NCBI RefSeq assembly: GCF_006345805.1
Contig: NC_043008.1
Span: 7,006,001-7,070,000 of the forward strand
DNA from: Octopus sinensis
Taxonomy: Eukaryota
Length of the DNA stretch: 64,000 bases
Reading direction: 5' to 3'
This document shows positions 25,477 to 39,980 of the stretch, piece after piece (position 1 is the first letter of the stretch; each line of letters opens with the position of its first letter). Made by a program: the position numbers and the translations under genes. A model generated the notes under the pieces. The model made no database searches and was not told the DNA's origin. It saw only the letters and a list, made by a program, of their open reading frames with translations.

Positions 25477-26663
25477 GTGTATATTTTGAATTATGTGATG
25501 TGGGTAGACGGTTATTTGAGACAGAGAGAAATACAAAAAAAATCATCAAATACAACCTGTTATGATAAAAAAAAGAAATACGGAGAAAGCCAGAGAAAAA
25601 CTGCGCTGGTATCGATCTAATAATTCAATTAATAAGTTTGAAATCAGAAAACATAAATTCTTCCAAAATATTGTTGCTATTCTCACCTTATATTTCCCTT
25701 TCGTCGCTATTTTCCGTATACACGCAGACACATACAGGAATCAATTCATACGTATAGACATACATGCAAATACATATATGCACACAGACGCTCATAGAAT
25801 CAGTACATAGATACAGTTACATTGATATACATACATACATATATGGGTGCATACATATATGGGTACATACATATATGCGTACATACATACATACATACAT
25901 ACATACATACATACATACATACATACATACATACGTTGTCAAATTTAGAATGTTTATATAAGTTTGTGTATAGCAAAGCATATGTATTTGTAAGCATGCG
26001 TATCTGTGTATGTGTAAGTGAAAGTATGCTTGTGCTTAAGCACGCATACACACGACGGTATGTATATGTATCAATTCAAACTTGTGTATGTATACTGGCC
26101 TCTATAGATGCCAATAACATCGCTACAAGTTTCCCCCCCCCTCTTTCGTTCCTTTTTCTCTCTTTCCCTTCTTTCGTTCCCCTCCTTGCTCAGTATATGA
26201 GAATTGCTACATAGATGAATTTTAGCTTGCGTGCGAGACGGTTTGCGTGAATATATGTACACATGCTTTTATGTGTATAATTTAGATTCATATTCATACG
26301 TCTGTATATGTATGTATGGCGTTTACGCGCATCCTTTTGTGTATGTTGATATATATATGTGGATTTTAATATAAATATGTATTGCAGTATTTATAACAGG
26401 TTTAATTTCTATGCATTAATTTGTACTGTCTTCATTAACGGCAATAGGTTTTTTCCTCGGTTTTTTTCCTCGGATTTTATAATTTTTATAATTTTTATAA
26501 GTTTTTATATATATATACATATATTTTTGACCTTTTTGTTTATCGCTCGAAGATTGACCGTTTTTTCTAAAGGGCCAATCAAACAAGTCCATTTCTTTTT
26601 AAAGGTGTAGCGTTTGTAAGAGTATAGATTGAATTAATATATATTGTTCCATTCTAGCAAAAA

Positions 26664-26700
26664 CTGTCTGATGACGGCAACGAGAAACTCAGAGTAACAG
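26664..26700 (+). ncRNA. Very short hammerhead-like motif (37 nt)
   Basis: CUGU-CUGAUGA-CG-GCAA-CG-A-GAAA-CUC-A-GAG-UA-ACAG; AATAAA at 26727-26732, then (TA)n. Confidence 0.55.
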
Positions 26701-26732
26701 ATTTTGTTGAATTTTCTGCTGCTTAAAATAAA

Positions 26733-26770
<38 letters not shown>

Positions 26771-26883
26771 TATATATAATAATATATATAATATATATAT
26801 ATGTATATCTAGAAAGTATATGTATGCAAGCTTAAGTGAAATCGATTCGTTAAAAATGTTCACCCCCACCAATGCTGCTGCTG

Positions 26884-26925
<42 letters not shown>

Positions 26926-27267
26926 TTACAAATCATATTTAGCAATTCCTTGTCATGCCAAGAACACTCCCCCAATATAAATTATTGCTCTATCAAGGGA
27001 ATATAATGTGTATTTCTCACATAAGATTTCGCTCTATAATTTCAGCCGGCATAATTTTAATACTTTCCCCCTGCACGCACACACTTCTACATATGTGCAT
27101 GTGTACGCATTTACGCTTTCATGCATTCAGTCACACATACGTTGCATGTGGAAACAGGAGGGCATAAAACCGCCATGCGCTAAAACCGTGCATCCCGATT
27201 CACTTATGCATTTAGCCGGTCCATTGAATATCTATGTGCGCGCGTGTGTGTTTGTGTGTCCTTATGC

Positions 27268-27308
<41 letters not shown>

Positions 27309-27685
27309 TTTATGCTTGTATGTGTGTGTGTGTGTGTGTGAGTGTCCTTATGCCGTTTACGTGTGACAGAGCGCGCACGAGGAAATCTGTAATTTGTCAA
27401 CGTTTGAAAATTAAAGCTGTCATTATTGAGATGTGCCCTGGGTATATCAATGGTCATAAGATGCAAACATATACATATGTGTGTGTGTATGTGTGCACGC
27501 GTGTGCATCTGTGTGTGTGTTTTTGTTTGCTTGTGATGGTGATATATGGCGGCTAATGTTGGAAGTATGCTTTTTTTCTGGTCAATATCAAGAAATATGG
27601 CCTACATAAAGTTATTAAAAGGAGACTTAGTCCAAGTCGTTTGCCAATGAAGGTTATTTATATTTGTTTTTATTGCAGTTCCTCC

Positions 27686-27766
<81 letters not shown>

Positions 27767-27801
27767 CCTACCTTATCTATCTATCTATCTATCTACCTAC
27801 C

Positions 27802-27870
<69 letters not shown>

Positions 27871-27905
27871 GATATATATATATATATAATATATATATAT
27901 GTCTG

Positions 27906-27942
<37 letters not shown>

Positions 27943-28232
27943 GTGTCATGTCAACATTTCTTACTGTTAATATACACGGCTGTCTGCTCTGACATTACCG
28001 TTAAGTATTTAAGCCTAATGATAAAGATAGATAAACCTGAATAATGCTGGTGCCCCAGAATGACCAGAACAAGGAGCACACAGAAAAGAGTTAAACAGTA
28101 AGGTACATAGCTATTTGACGATAAGATTATTTCACTTTAATCTAACTATGATATATCTTGCCATATTTCATTGTCTGCAATCTACTGATGCATCCATGTA
28201 CGTGGATAGATAGAGAGACAGACAGACAAACG

Positions 28233-28278
<46 letters not shown>

Positions 28279-28313
28279 CAGACAGAACGACAGACAGACA
28301 GATATATATATAT

Positions 28314-28355
<42 letters not shown>

Positions 28356-28382
28356 TATATAGATAGATAGATAGATAGATAT

Positions 28383-28430
<48 letters not shown>

Positions 28431-29528
28431 TAGATAGATAGATAGATAGATAGACGGATATAAGGCTTAGAAACACTTGACCATTAAAACCTGTAAGATC
28501 ATATGAGCAGCTTAACTTTATATTTATTATCTCCAACAATATTTTATTGTACGACGTTAAAATTCATATTGCTCCGCAGCTGTATTCCTTGAAATATACC
28601 GACGCATCATGAAAATCGGGTGTCTCTGTTATAGTGTTCCTTATTTTGGTGTTCATTTCCTTAAGTATACACTTATTCCCTTATTTCTCTCTCACTTTGT
28701 GCCTCTATATCTCAGTTGCTTTCTCCCTCTCATTTCAACTACACCACATTCTCTGAAGTAAACACTCTCTTTCTCTCTCTCCATTGTCCTCTTCTTCCAA
28801 CTATCTATTTAAGTACATAACCGAATGGCAATCCTTTTCTGCTAACTCTCACCTCTTTCACTCTTCTCACTTACTTTTATTTTTCATTTCGCCTCTTTCT
28901 TCGCGCAAAGACGTGACAGCGTCACACATTTGACCTCAGCGTATTGATATATAGCTAAGGAATAACACCGCATTTGTGTATTAAATGATATATCGCCTCT
29001 AGACCAGTGCAAGTTTATCCACACAGCCACACATGTGCTCAAACCAACCAATTCAGATAACCAGAAAACTCGAAGAGCTGTCTTGACTTAAACGAAAGAG
29101 CTTTGCCACTTTGTTAGTGAGTGGCATTGATACCGCAAAGAAAAGAAAACAAAAATAACTGAAATAAATCCATCCATACATGAAATCTGAAAGCAATGGC
29201 CGAAAAAAAAATCAAATCAAATCAAAACTTCTATATTGAAATGAAACACATTTATTTCTAACACTGGGCAGAGATATATTTCTGTGAAGTAGATGATAGA
29301 AAATGTGTCTATAGACTTCATGAGAAGGAAATTATCACACACACACACACGCGCTCACATACACACACACATGCACACACATACACACACATGCATATTT
29401 GTATGTGTATATGTAAGTTCTATCATAAACGTATGTTGCAACGCGCCATCTTTGTATGTATTAGTTTAAACTTCTTGTTGATTTCTTGAATCACTTATTG
29501 TTAATCAGCTTCTTCGGAAGCGACTTTA

Positions 29529-29561
<33 letters not shown>

Positions 29562-29762
29562 TAGCGGTGGTAGTGGTGATTATAGTAGCGGTGGTAGTGC
29601 TGGAGGTCGTAGTAGTAATATTATTGTTATTATTATTATTATTGTTATTATGCGTAGTAGTAGTAGGTGGTGGTGGTAGTGGTGTTTATAGTAGCGGTGG
29701 TATTGCTAGAGGTCGTAGTAGTAATATTATTATTTTTACTATTATTATTATCATTATTATTA

Positions 29763-29796
<34 letters not shown>

Positions 29797-30041
29797 GTAG
29801 TAGTAGTAGTAGTAGTAGTGGTAGTGGTAGTTGATGATGATGTTGTTAGTGTTGTGGTATTATGTGTGGATATCAGCAGGAGTCTTTGTGAGACGTACAA
29901 TAGCATCTCAGGAACTAGATAATAGCTCACCCAGCAACAGTGTCAAAAAAATCAGGAAGTCACAATACTAGTGAATATGCTCACACACACACACACTCAG
30001 ATATGTGAAGGTAAACAGATCAGATATCGCTGCTAAAGCAG

Positions 30042-30084
<43 letters not shown>

Positions 30085-30119
30085 ACTCACAAAGAAAAAA
30101 AAACATTTCTTTGCCTATA

Positions 30120-30560
30120 GAATCTAAAATTCTATACAAACTATAAAGTATAGACTTAAAAATAGAAATACAGATTTGTGGAAAGGCTGGAAATGAAAAC
30201 ACAAGCCACAGAAATAACAGCGAGTCTGTCGGGAATCGTTAAGATTTTCAAAATTACACTATTTCTTACGAAGGATATGAGGACAGTCATAGCTTGGATA
30301 CATAAAAGAAACCCATGGAAAGGCCAGTCACCTGATAATTATATACTTCTTCCCAGTATCAATTCACTTTGGCGCTATTTATTAGATTTTAACCTCCGAT
30401 CTATAGAGTCTTATAAGTTTATTTAGCTATTCAGTTGCTAAGTCTTGTGGTAGTTTTTGCGATGTTATACTTCACTGATGAGCCTGAAAATTGAACTTGT
30501 CTAGAGTAGATTCTTTTATTCCGGAATGAAATTTATATTTTTGTCTTCAAGTAAAATTAT
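30120..30560 (+). mobile_element. Possible decayed Penelope-like 3' end
   Basis: Fragmentary IQICGK...FKITLF...DSHSLDT*KKPME frames followed by TTATACTTCA-CTGATGA-GCC (5' half of a hammerhead only). Confidence 0.3.
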
Positions 30561-30861
30561 TTTGTCTTTAATAATATTTTGAGCATTGTCTTTCCGTTTG
30601 CTCTTTTTTTTTTATAGAATTGTGTTTCAGTAGACAAAGCACAACAGATCATCAGACACAAACATTACAAATAAACCAACAACATCTGTAAACAAACTGG
30701 AGTGTGTAACGAAATCTAAGTTCCCGCCCATTAAAAAAAAAAAATTGGGGGAATCTATGTTTTTCGAGAATTCTACTTTTGAATAATTTTGGAATCTATT
30801 CTGTTTCCTTTTTTTTTTTAGTTAATTTTAGTTAATTTTTGTTTATTTTCAGATCATTAAA

Positions 30862-31790
30862 ATGGAATGTCAAGTTAAGAAAAACGAGCATTTTCGACAC
30901 CTTCCTTTTGCTTTTAATCAAGGTTCTAAAGCCGCAATAGCTGCTCGCGACATTCGTGCTGTGTATGGAGAGGGTGCCATAGCTGAAAGAACCGCTCGGG
31001 ATTGGTATTCCAAGATCACAAATGGAAATTTTGACCTCAAAGATGCACCTTGTTCTGGCGGTCCAGTTGAGTTCAATGAAGAGCAATTAAACCAACTTTT
31101 GCACGAAAATTCTCGTCAAACGACAAGGGAACTGGCAGAGAAAATGGAATGCTCCCACACTGCTATAGAGAAGCATCTTCACTCTGTGGGAAAGGTTCAG
31201 ATGTGTGGTGCATTGGTTCCGCATGCTTTAAGTGACAACAACAAAAATGAACTCGCTACAATCTCCACTGGTTTGCTTGCTCGTCACCGCTTAACTCATG
31301 GATATTTTTTACCGATTTCTTTACCGAATTATTACTGGCGGCGAAAATGGTGTCCGTACATCAATATGAAGCGGCGTAAGGAATGTCTTTTCCCCAGTAA
31401 ACAAGCGACATCGCGTGTGAAACAAGATCTTCATCCGCGTAAAACGATGTTGTGTGTGTGGTGGGGCTGGGAAGGGATCATCCAATACGAATTGCTTGAA
31501 CAGAACCAAACGGTCAACGCGGAACTCTAAGTTCAACGGATGGAACGACTCAACACGGCTATTCAAGAGAAAAGACCTAATCGGCAGCATGGAGTTCTTC
31601 TGCTGCACGACCACGCCCGCCCTCGTATCGTCAATATGACCAAGTAAGCCATTGAGACGCATGGCTGGGAAGTGCTGCCACACCCGCCGTACTCTGGCAA
31701 CAACGGATTGTCACCTCTATCGATCTCTTTCAAATGCTATGCGCGGAATTTCGTTATATACTGATGCAGAATTGAGAGCTTGGTTGCAGG
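30862..31790 (+). pseudogene. Mariner (DD34D family) transposase fossil
   Basis: HTH region (AARDI..VYGEGAIAERTARDWY..SG.P), LVPHAL (for WVPHEL), frameshifted RFLYRIITGGE (for TGDEKW), KTMLCVWW, stop at 31528-31530, HDHARP, EVLPHPPYS; the YSPDL region is deleted. Confidence 0.92.
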
Positions 31791-33321
31791 GGGTGAAATT
31801 CTGTTTTTGAAGTTGCGAGAAACAGGTGTTTGTACCATCAAAGAGAAAAGAAGTAAGCAACGAGAAGGGGTTGATACAAAAGCAACAACAATATCAACAA
31901 TATGAGATGTGTTACAAGTAGGAGCAGAAAACCAGCAACGACATTGGGTGTATAAAATGAGGAAATTCCTACAGAAAGGAAAGTAAGGCTGATTCAAGAG
32001 CAACAAATGATTCAAGAGCAACAAAGAACAACGGCAGCAAATGTACAACAACAACAACGACAACAACAAGAGCAGCAGTAGCAGCAGCAGCAGCACCAGC
32101 ATTGAGACCAACATTATTGGAAACAATGAGTCTCCAGTAACTAGTCTAAAGAGTAAAGTCTACCCCACCTTCTCCTCCTCCTCTTCCAATCTCCTCCACC
32201 TGATCCTTCTCCATCTCCTTCTCCTTTTCCTCAGCCTTTCTATCACCGTTATCATCAACACCTTGCCATAGAAATTAGCCAATGGAATAAGCGGAACGCT
32301 GGAATTTGATAGCGATATGGTCTAAAGATAAATACCCAAATATAAATTGAGTGAGAGAATGGATATCAGCAGGATTTGGAGACGAAAAGGACAAAGAAAT
32401 GAAAGACAAAAACACGAAAAAAAAAACAAAGGAAAGACAAAATAACCTGAAATTCAAAAGAAAAATTTCAAAAAATGGCAAAGAATAGAAATGTAAAAAT
32501 AAGAAAATAAATAAATAAATAAACAAATAAATGGATGAATAAATAAATAATAAGACGAAAAAGAAATAAATAAAATTGTTTCAAATAGTATTCGATGAAA
32601 TGATATTTCGATAATCGATAGCAGAAAAATAAATAGAAAGCAGGTGTCGCCGAATTACTTCATTATTTATTTATGGGTTGTATTGAAGTGAAGTGCTCTG
32701 TTGAGCAAGTATCTCTACACCCATATTGATGTTATCACCAAATCTAGGCTGTGTAGATAGCCAAGTTAACTAGTAATATCAATACCTTCTTGTGTATTGA
32801 TGGTGGTGTTGATGAAGAAGCGGATGTATGCGTTTATAGATTGACATGCATGCAGAGAGCAGTGCAACTGTGAATATATGCACGACGACTCGTATATATG
32901 TATGCGTAACACACATATTTGTGCGTATATGTGATGTGTGTATATGTTTGTGTATAGGTTTCCTTCTGTGTCTTGAAGTCCAAAATCATTAATAAAACCT
33001 AATCTTGCGTTTCCGCGCACAACATTCTAAGTAGATCGCTTCTGTGGATCTAAACACATTTGGTGTTATTGCAAAGATTGATTTCGAGAGAAACCGTAAA
33101 ATTAACGAGAAAAAGTAATCAGGAAGTAGAACATGGCATTTCTGAAAGTCTGCTGCAGCCTAAGATTACCCACATTACACACACACACACACACGTATTT
33201 ATATATGCATGCACGATCATGCATATTTACTACGATATGCACATGATGTTGGTGATGTGTTAACAAGAGGCAAAGGGGTTAAATTGCATGGAGTGCATGA
33301 ATGTAGGGCTACATGATATGT

Positions 33322-33544
33322 AGCTGGCAGAAACGTTAGCACGCCGAGCGAAGTGCTTTGCGGTATTTCGTCCACCGCTACGGTCTGAGTTCAAATTCCG
33401 CCGAGGTTGACTTTGCCTTTCATCCTTTCGGGGTCGATTAAATAAGTACCAGTTACGCACTGGGGTCGATATAATCGACTTAATCCGTGTGTCTCTCCTT
33501 GTTTGTCCTCTCTGTGTTTAGCCCCTTGTGGGTAGTAAAGAAAT
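33322..33544 (+). mobile_element. SINE family A
   Basis: AGCTGGCAGAAACGTTAGCACGCC...GTAGTAAAGAAATA. Confidence 0.9.
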
Positions 33545-33600
33545 AGATATATATATGTGTAGATTCGTGCGTACTACATGCCAATATATTTATATAGAGA

Positions 33601-33755
33601 GATGTGGTAAGGGGGCTTGCTTCCAAACCAAATGGTTCCGGGTTCAGTCCCACTGCGTGGCACCCTGGGTAAATGTCTTCTACTGTAATCTCGAGCGAAC
33701 CAAAGCGTTTTGAGCGGATGTAGTAGATGGAAACTGAAAAGAAGCCCATCGTATA
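33601..33755 (+). mobile_element. SINE family B, 5' half
   Basis: GGTTCCGGGTTCAGTCCCACTGCGTGGCACC...GGAAACTGAAAAGAAGCCC. Confidence 0.85.
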
Positions 33756-33819
33756 TACATACATATATTCATACATATATATGTATACACACACACATAT
33801 AGACTATGTATATATATAT

Positions 33820-34060
33820 TACTCTTTTCTCTCTTTTACTCTATTATTTGTTTCAGTCATTTGACTGCGGCCATGCTGGAGCACCGCCTTTAATCGAGCA
33901 ACTCGACCCCGGGACTTATTCTTTTGTAAGCCCAGTACTTATTCTATCGGCCTCTTTTCCTATAGTAGAAGACACTTGCCCAAGGTGCCACGCAGTGGGA
34001 CTGAACCCGGAACTATGTGGTTGGTAAACAAGCTACATACCACACAGCCACTCCTGCACC
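33820..34060 (-). mobile_element. SINE family B, internally deleted
   Basis: The 3' module is joined directly to the 5' head near 33960. Confidence 0.9.
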
Positions 34061-34061
34061 T

Positions 34062-34153
<92 letters not shown>

Positions 34154-34379
34154 AACCATTGCAATGAATTCGGATATTAATACATCTGCATATTGTTTTT
34201 ATTTACTGTCAATTATACAGCATATTTTACTTAAATTTATCCGACGCACTAGCTGCTACGCTACCTGTCGGGATATCTTAGGCCTATCTATTGATTACAT
34301 ATATATATGTATGTATGCACACACACACACACACATACACACATACATATATATTTATGCATATATATATACATACACA

Positions 34380-34500
34380 CAAAAGAGATCGATAGAATAA
34401 ACACTAGGTTTAAAAAACAGGTTTGTGTTCGATTTCTTCGACTAAAACACTTCCAGGCAGTCCTCCAGCATGGCCACATTCAAATGACTGAAACAAATAA
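34380..34500 (+). mobile_element. SINE family B, 3' fragment
   Basis: AAAAGAGATCGATAGAATAA...CCAGCATGGCCACATTCAAATGACTGAAACAA. Confidence 0.8.
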
Positions 34501-35990
34501 AAAACACGCACACCGTATACATATCCATGAATCCATATCCATATACTAACGCACACACACACACATACACACTAAGCTGTTAGGGTGAGATTTAAGGGAC
34601 ATTTGATTGCTAAATATAGCCACAAAAGATATTCGTTAAACCACACCATAGAATCATTAAAACAGGAGACACTGGAAAATTTAATCTGAAGAGACAGTCT
34701 GTGTAAACACAGGGAAGATGATGCAATATCTTTCAGCATCGTTCCGCTAGGTCTGGGGCCGAATTGGACCAAAAGCAGAACAAAGAATCCTGCCAACAAA
34801 GGAATAGTTATTATTGGATTTTTTGAAATAGTAGCGCAAGCTCATTATAGTCACAGAACGTTCAGTAATGAAATGGATCAAGAGGAAAAGATGAGATTAG
34901 GATGGTTAATACGCCACTATGCTGGTTAGCTAATATTGTATTCACCAAATATTGAAATGAGCATTGGATATTAGAGTTGATGGCTCCATTCTCGCAAATA
35001 TTTAGGAAGAATATATGTTTGTATTGTGTCTGTATACTTCCGTGTGTGTTTGTGTGTGTGTTATGAGTCGGGATGTATACGTTTTGGTATCCACTAAAGA
35101 GACGAACGACGAAGTATAAAGCATATGAGAAATGAGACGTGTGTCGTCAGGCTGGAAACACATTACGAAAATACCGACAACTAGTGTTTCCGAACAATTC
35201 CTATTACACGATCAAAGCAACAGGCTAATGAAATACTAACAAATATTATATGTCTCTAAATATTGTTTCACTTTGTTTCGTTTAAGCAGATAGAAATAGT
35301 TAGATAAAACCTTGTAGCAGTCAATGGCAATATTATTTTCGGAATGTTTGGTGAATGAATTGCCGTTCGGGAATGTCAGATATAACTACACACAGCAGAA
35401 AGAAAAACAGACGCGGAACAAATAAAAGTCTCAAGTATTTTCAGTTTTGCCCGAGGCAAGACTGCAAAAATTATTGTTGTACAACGCGTACGTTAAAATA
35501 TTTGGAATAATAACTGTGCTTTGAAAATATAGGATGGGTGGAGACCGCTTAGATGGAAGTGAACTTATAAGGAACGACTCGCTTCGTCTGTCGAAATCTT
35601 TGTACAATTAGAAATGCAAGCAAACGCATATGTGCAACACATCTCTAAATACTGGTAGTTCAGTGTGGTTGTTTACACACACACAGACGCACACACGTAC
35701 ACACGTACAACCATGTAGATAAAAGAACAGATGTATATGCGTGTATGCAGATTTAAATAAAACGTGCGCACGCATACATGCCCCGTAGTTATCATTCTAC
35801 TGCGTTGTAATTTCTCTGGTGTACTTGGAAGTGAATTCATTCATTGATTCATTCAGGTGTAGCGTGTGTGTATATAATTGTATATAGATATACATGTATA
35901 CATACATATATACATACATATATATATATGTTTGTATTTATGTATGTATATATATGTGTGTATATATATATGTATATATATATATATGTG

Positions 35991-36023
<33 letters not shown>

Positions 36024-36400
36024 ATGCATTTGTATATATAAATACATTATATGTGTATATGTGTATGCATTTGTATATATAAATACATATATATGTGTAT
36101 ATGTATATATGCATAATACATACATGCATTATATATATATATATATATATTATATATACATGCATATATATACATATATATCTATATACATAAACACACA
36201 CACACACACGAGATATATATATATATATTCATATATACATATATGTGTGTGTAAGTATAAACATATATATACATAAACTCCTTCATATAATTACACATAC
36301 ACACATACACACACACACATATACATATATAGACACACACGCACTTACGCTAACATATATAATTATGTAAGCACGTACACTCAAAGGCATATGTGCGAGT

Positions 36401-36437
<37 letters not shown>

Positions 36438-37519
36438 TGTGTGTGCACGTGTGTATTTTTATGTGTGCGTGTGTGTACGTGTTTGTGCGCGTGTGTGTGT
36501 GCATGTTTGGGTATACTCGTCTGAAAATGAGAAAGTCATATGAAACTCATTAACTGGATAGAAGTGGAGTCTGAATATTACAAGCTAAATATCATTTTCC
36601 GCCATTCTAAATATTCCGTCTCGTACTTAAGCAATAAAGAATATTTCAAGAGAAAGGTGAAATTGAAAAGATTAGCTGCAGAAGAGTTGGAACCAATTGG
36701 AGTCTAAGAGGATTCCTTTTGGTTGGCAGGATTTCTTGTTTCTATATAGGTAAGGAATTTACCATAAATGGTGAGAGAAATCAACATGGAGTAAAAATGA
36801 ACAGCGGCAAGATAACTGTGAAATGCTAGGCAGCCATTTAAAAATAACATACTTCCAGTGAGATGTAAATAATAATAATGATGATGGTGGTGATGATGAT
36901 GATAATATTAATAATAATAATGATAATAATAATGTTGCCAAATACAGGAATAACACCGAGAGTGTTTTGTTTTTGACTTGGTATATATCCAAATTTTTCA
37001 ATCCAGAAGAGTGATCATGCAACACACACACACACATGCACATAATCACAGACACGCACGCACGCATACACAGCCACACGCATGAATGCATGCACGTACG
37101 TATACTCACACACGCATACCGCACACACATACAAGCACATATATATATACTCGTAAGTGCGCATGTGTCTGTCTGTATGCATATACATACAAACATACAT
37201 ATATATACACACACACTCATAGACATACATACATATATTGCACATCATCTCACCTGTAAGGTACGGGTGCGACGGGTGTATGATGTGTTGATGTGTCTAA
37301 ACGATCGTAGTGGTCCTAACTAGCGGACACTGTGTGTGTTATATGTGTGTGAAAGTGAAAGTAATTTACCAGTAAACTACCAGATATAAACCATTCGTTT
37401 TATTATAATATTATATATATATATATTATATATATATATATATATATTTCTACATATATGTATGTATATATATGTATGTATATGTAAATATTTGCGCGAG
37501 TCGGAAGCAAAATGGAACT

Positions 37520-37677
37520 CAATAACCATTATAAGAGTTACGAGGATTGGAAAAATGAGTGGGCCGGACGTGCCGTATTTTTGGGGAACGAAACAACGTA
37601 GTTTCAAAGATCCTGAAGCCATTTCAGCTGCGATAGAAAAGTCGGAAATGGAAGTGGATGGAGCGCATCCGTAAGTG
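37520..37677 (+). pseudogene. Possible RTE LINE C-terminal remnant
   Basis: One frame reads SRKWKWMERIRK, resembling the RTE motif RKWRWIGH; weak. Confidence 0.3.
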
Positions 37678-38658
37678 TTTACGTATGCAGATATACACAC
37701 ATAGATATGCATGTATATATATATATATATAATACAAACACACAGACACATACATACATATATATATATATACATATATAAATATGCATGTATTGGGAAT
37801 GAGTACCAATGTTCCCTTGTGGTAGGCTTACATTGTTTCAGGTAAAGACCTCTCTTAACAAGAGACCATTGATAGCCTTCTTAACCCACCAATAAAGTGT
37901 GTATAAGTATATATATATACGTATTCGTATATAACTACATATATATATATATATATGTATGTATGTATACAGATTTGGACAAATAAACACATGGACATGT
38001 ATTCATTTATATCTGCATAGTGTAAATATGTATATGTTATATAGATGGAAGTTTATGTGTTTGAATATATTTTTATACAATTTCTAATTTCAATCTGTTT
38101 AACAAATTTTGTTTTTATATTTCTGTATGTATCGTGCGGATGTACGTGTATCTCTCTATAGCCGTGTATTTGTCTACATACATGTGTGTGTATGTGTGTT
38201 TGTTTGTGTATAAATATTTACATATAAACACACACATACCTAAGATTATTAGATATGTGTACTGTTTTGTATCTGTCTCTGTTTGTGTGGGTTTATGTGT
38301 GTCAGTGTATCCGTGCATTCGCGAGTGTGCATGGCTATATCTGTATATGACCGTATGTTTGTTTATCTGTGATGTTGTTTGAGTCAACTTATAAAAAAAA
38401 CATTACACTTCACAATTCAAACAATCAGTTACCGTATATAAACTTGCGTTTCTCTTTCGGTATTCATGTATGTGTTTCTTTGTGTTTATATGTGTGTGTG
38501 TGTGTGTTTCTATGTGTATACTTATCAGTGTATAAGTCTAACGTATATTATGAGTGAATATGTGGAGCGTATGTTCCATGCGTGTTTATGTCCATACGTA
38601 AGTAATTTATTTACCACACATAAGTGCGTACACACATACACTACTACATTTTACCTAC

Positions 38659-38692
<34 letters not shown>

Positions 38693-38769
38693 TATATATA
38701 TATATATATAATATATATATCTATATATAGATATATATATATATCTATATATATATATATATATATATC

Positions 38770-38801
<32 letters not shown>

Positions 38802-38897
38802 ATATATAATATATATCTATATTATATTATATATATCTAATATATATATATATATATATATCTCTATATATTATATATATATATATATATATATCTA

Positions 38898-39760
38898 ATG
38901 CAGGTAAGTTCCAGGCCCTGCGCTACTGGCACACAAAGGTAAATGACGTGAAGACTGGATACACTGGCCCAGGAAGAATTGCAATCCCTGAGTCAAAATC
39001 AGTGCGTGACTGGGCATTGACATGAGCAATGATGCATCTTTCCAAATGCATATTGCTAATCTGGTGATAAAATGCAGACGGCTAGCTGGATGGATTCTCC
39101 GAACTTTCAGAACAAGAGAGAAGGAGACACTGATGGTCCTATGGAAAACATTTGTCCTCAGCCGCTTGGACTACTGCTCCCAACTTTGGTCACCACACAA
39201 TATAAAACAAACAGCAGAACTCGAAGCAACTCAGAGAAGCTACAAAAAGAAAATCGTCTCAATGCAAAATGTCAGCTACTGGGAAAGACTGAAGGTATTA
39301 AACATTAAACCTCTCCCTGGAGCGGAGGCGGGAGAGATATGCAGTGATATACATCTGGAAAATCCTGGAGGGTCTTGTTCCAAACTTTGGCATTCAAAGT
39401 TACTCCAACCGCAGAACGGGGCGCCGCTGCGTGGTGCCAAGGATTCCAACATCACCATCAAAATACAGGTCCAGATACTGCAACAGCTTGGGTTTCAGAG
39501 GACCACAGCTCTTTAACATCCTCCCTTAAATGCTGAGAGACTTACATGGTGTGGATGTGGTTTCTTTAAAACTAAACTGGATCTCTTCTTGTTGGGAGTC
39601 CCAGATGAACCTACCTCACGACAGGAGACACGGATGCGGGCAGAAGCATCGAACTCCCTTGTGATCAAGTGCACGCGTATCAGAGGTGGATTCACAAACT
39701 AGTGTAGCTCATTCAGCGGTGGTTTGGCCCAGCATGGCGGGCCTTCGGGCTGAAACATTT
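38898..39760 (+). pseudogene. CR1-group (L2/Crack/Daphne-like) LINE, 5'-truncated 3' end
   Basis: KFQALRY...VRD.GIDMSNDASFQMHI...GWILRTFRTR...FVLSRLDYCSQLWSP...LEATQRS...SYWERLKVLN; frameshift near 39300; YIWKILEGLVPN...GPQLFNILP*; the 3' UTR ends CCAGCATGGC...CTGAAACA. Confidence 0.9.
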
Positions 39761-39800
39761 TTGGGGATTTGGGGATTGGATATATATATCTATATATATA

Positions 39801-39845
<45 letters not shown>

Positions 39846-39937
39846 AATATATATATATATATTCTAAATATATATATATATCTATATATATATATATATA
39901 ATTATATATATTATATACATAATATATATATAATATA

Positions 39938-39976
<39 letters not shown>

Positions 39977-39980
<4 letters not shown>

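Noticed and set aside
37484-37680. Exon with a GTAAGT donor at about 37671
   Set aside because: No good acceptor, and the sequence is better explained as an RTE remnant.
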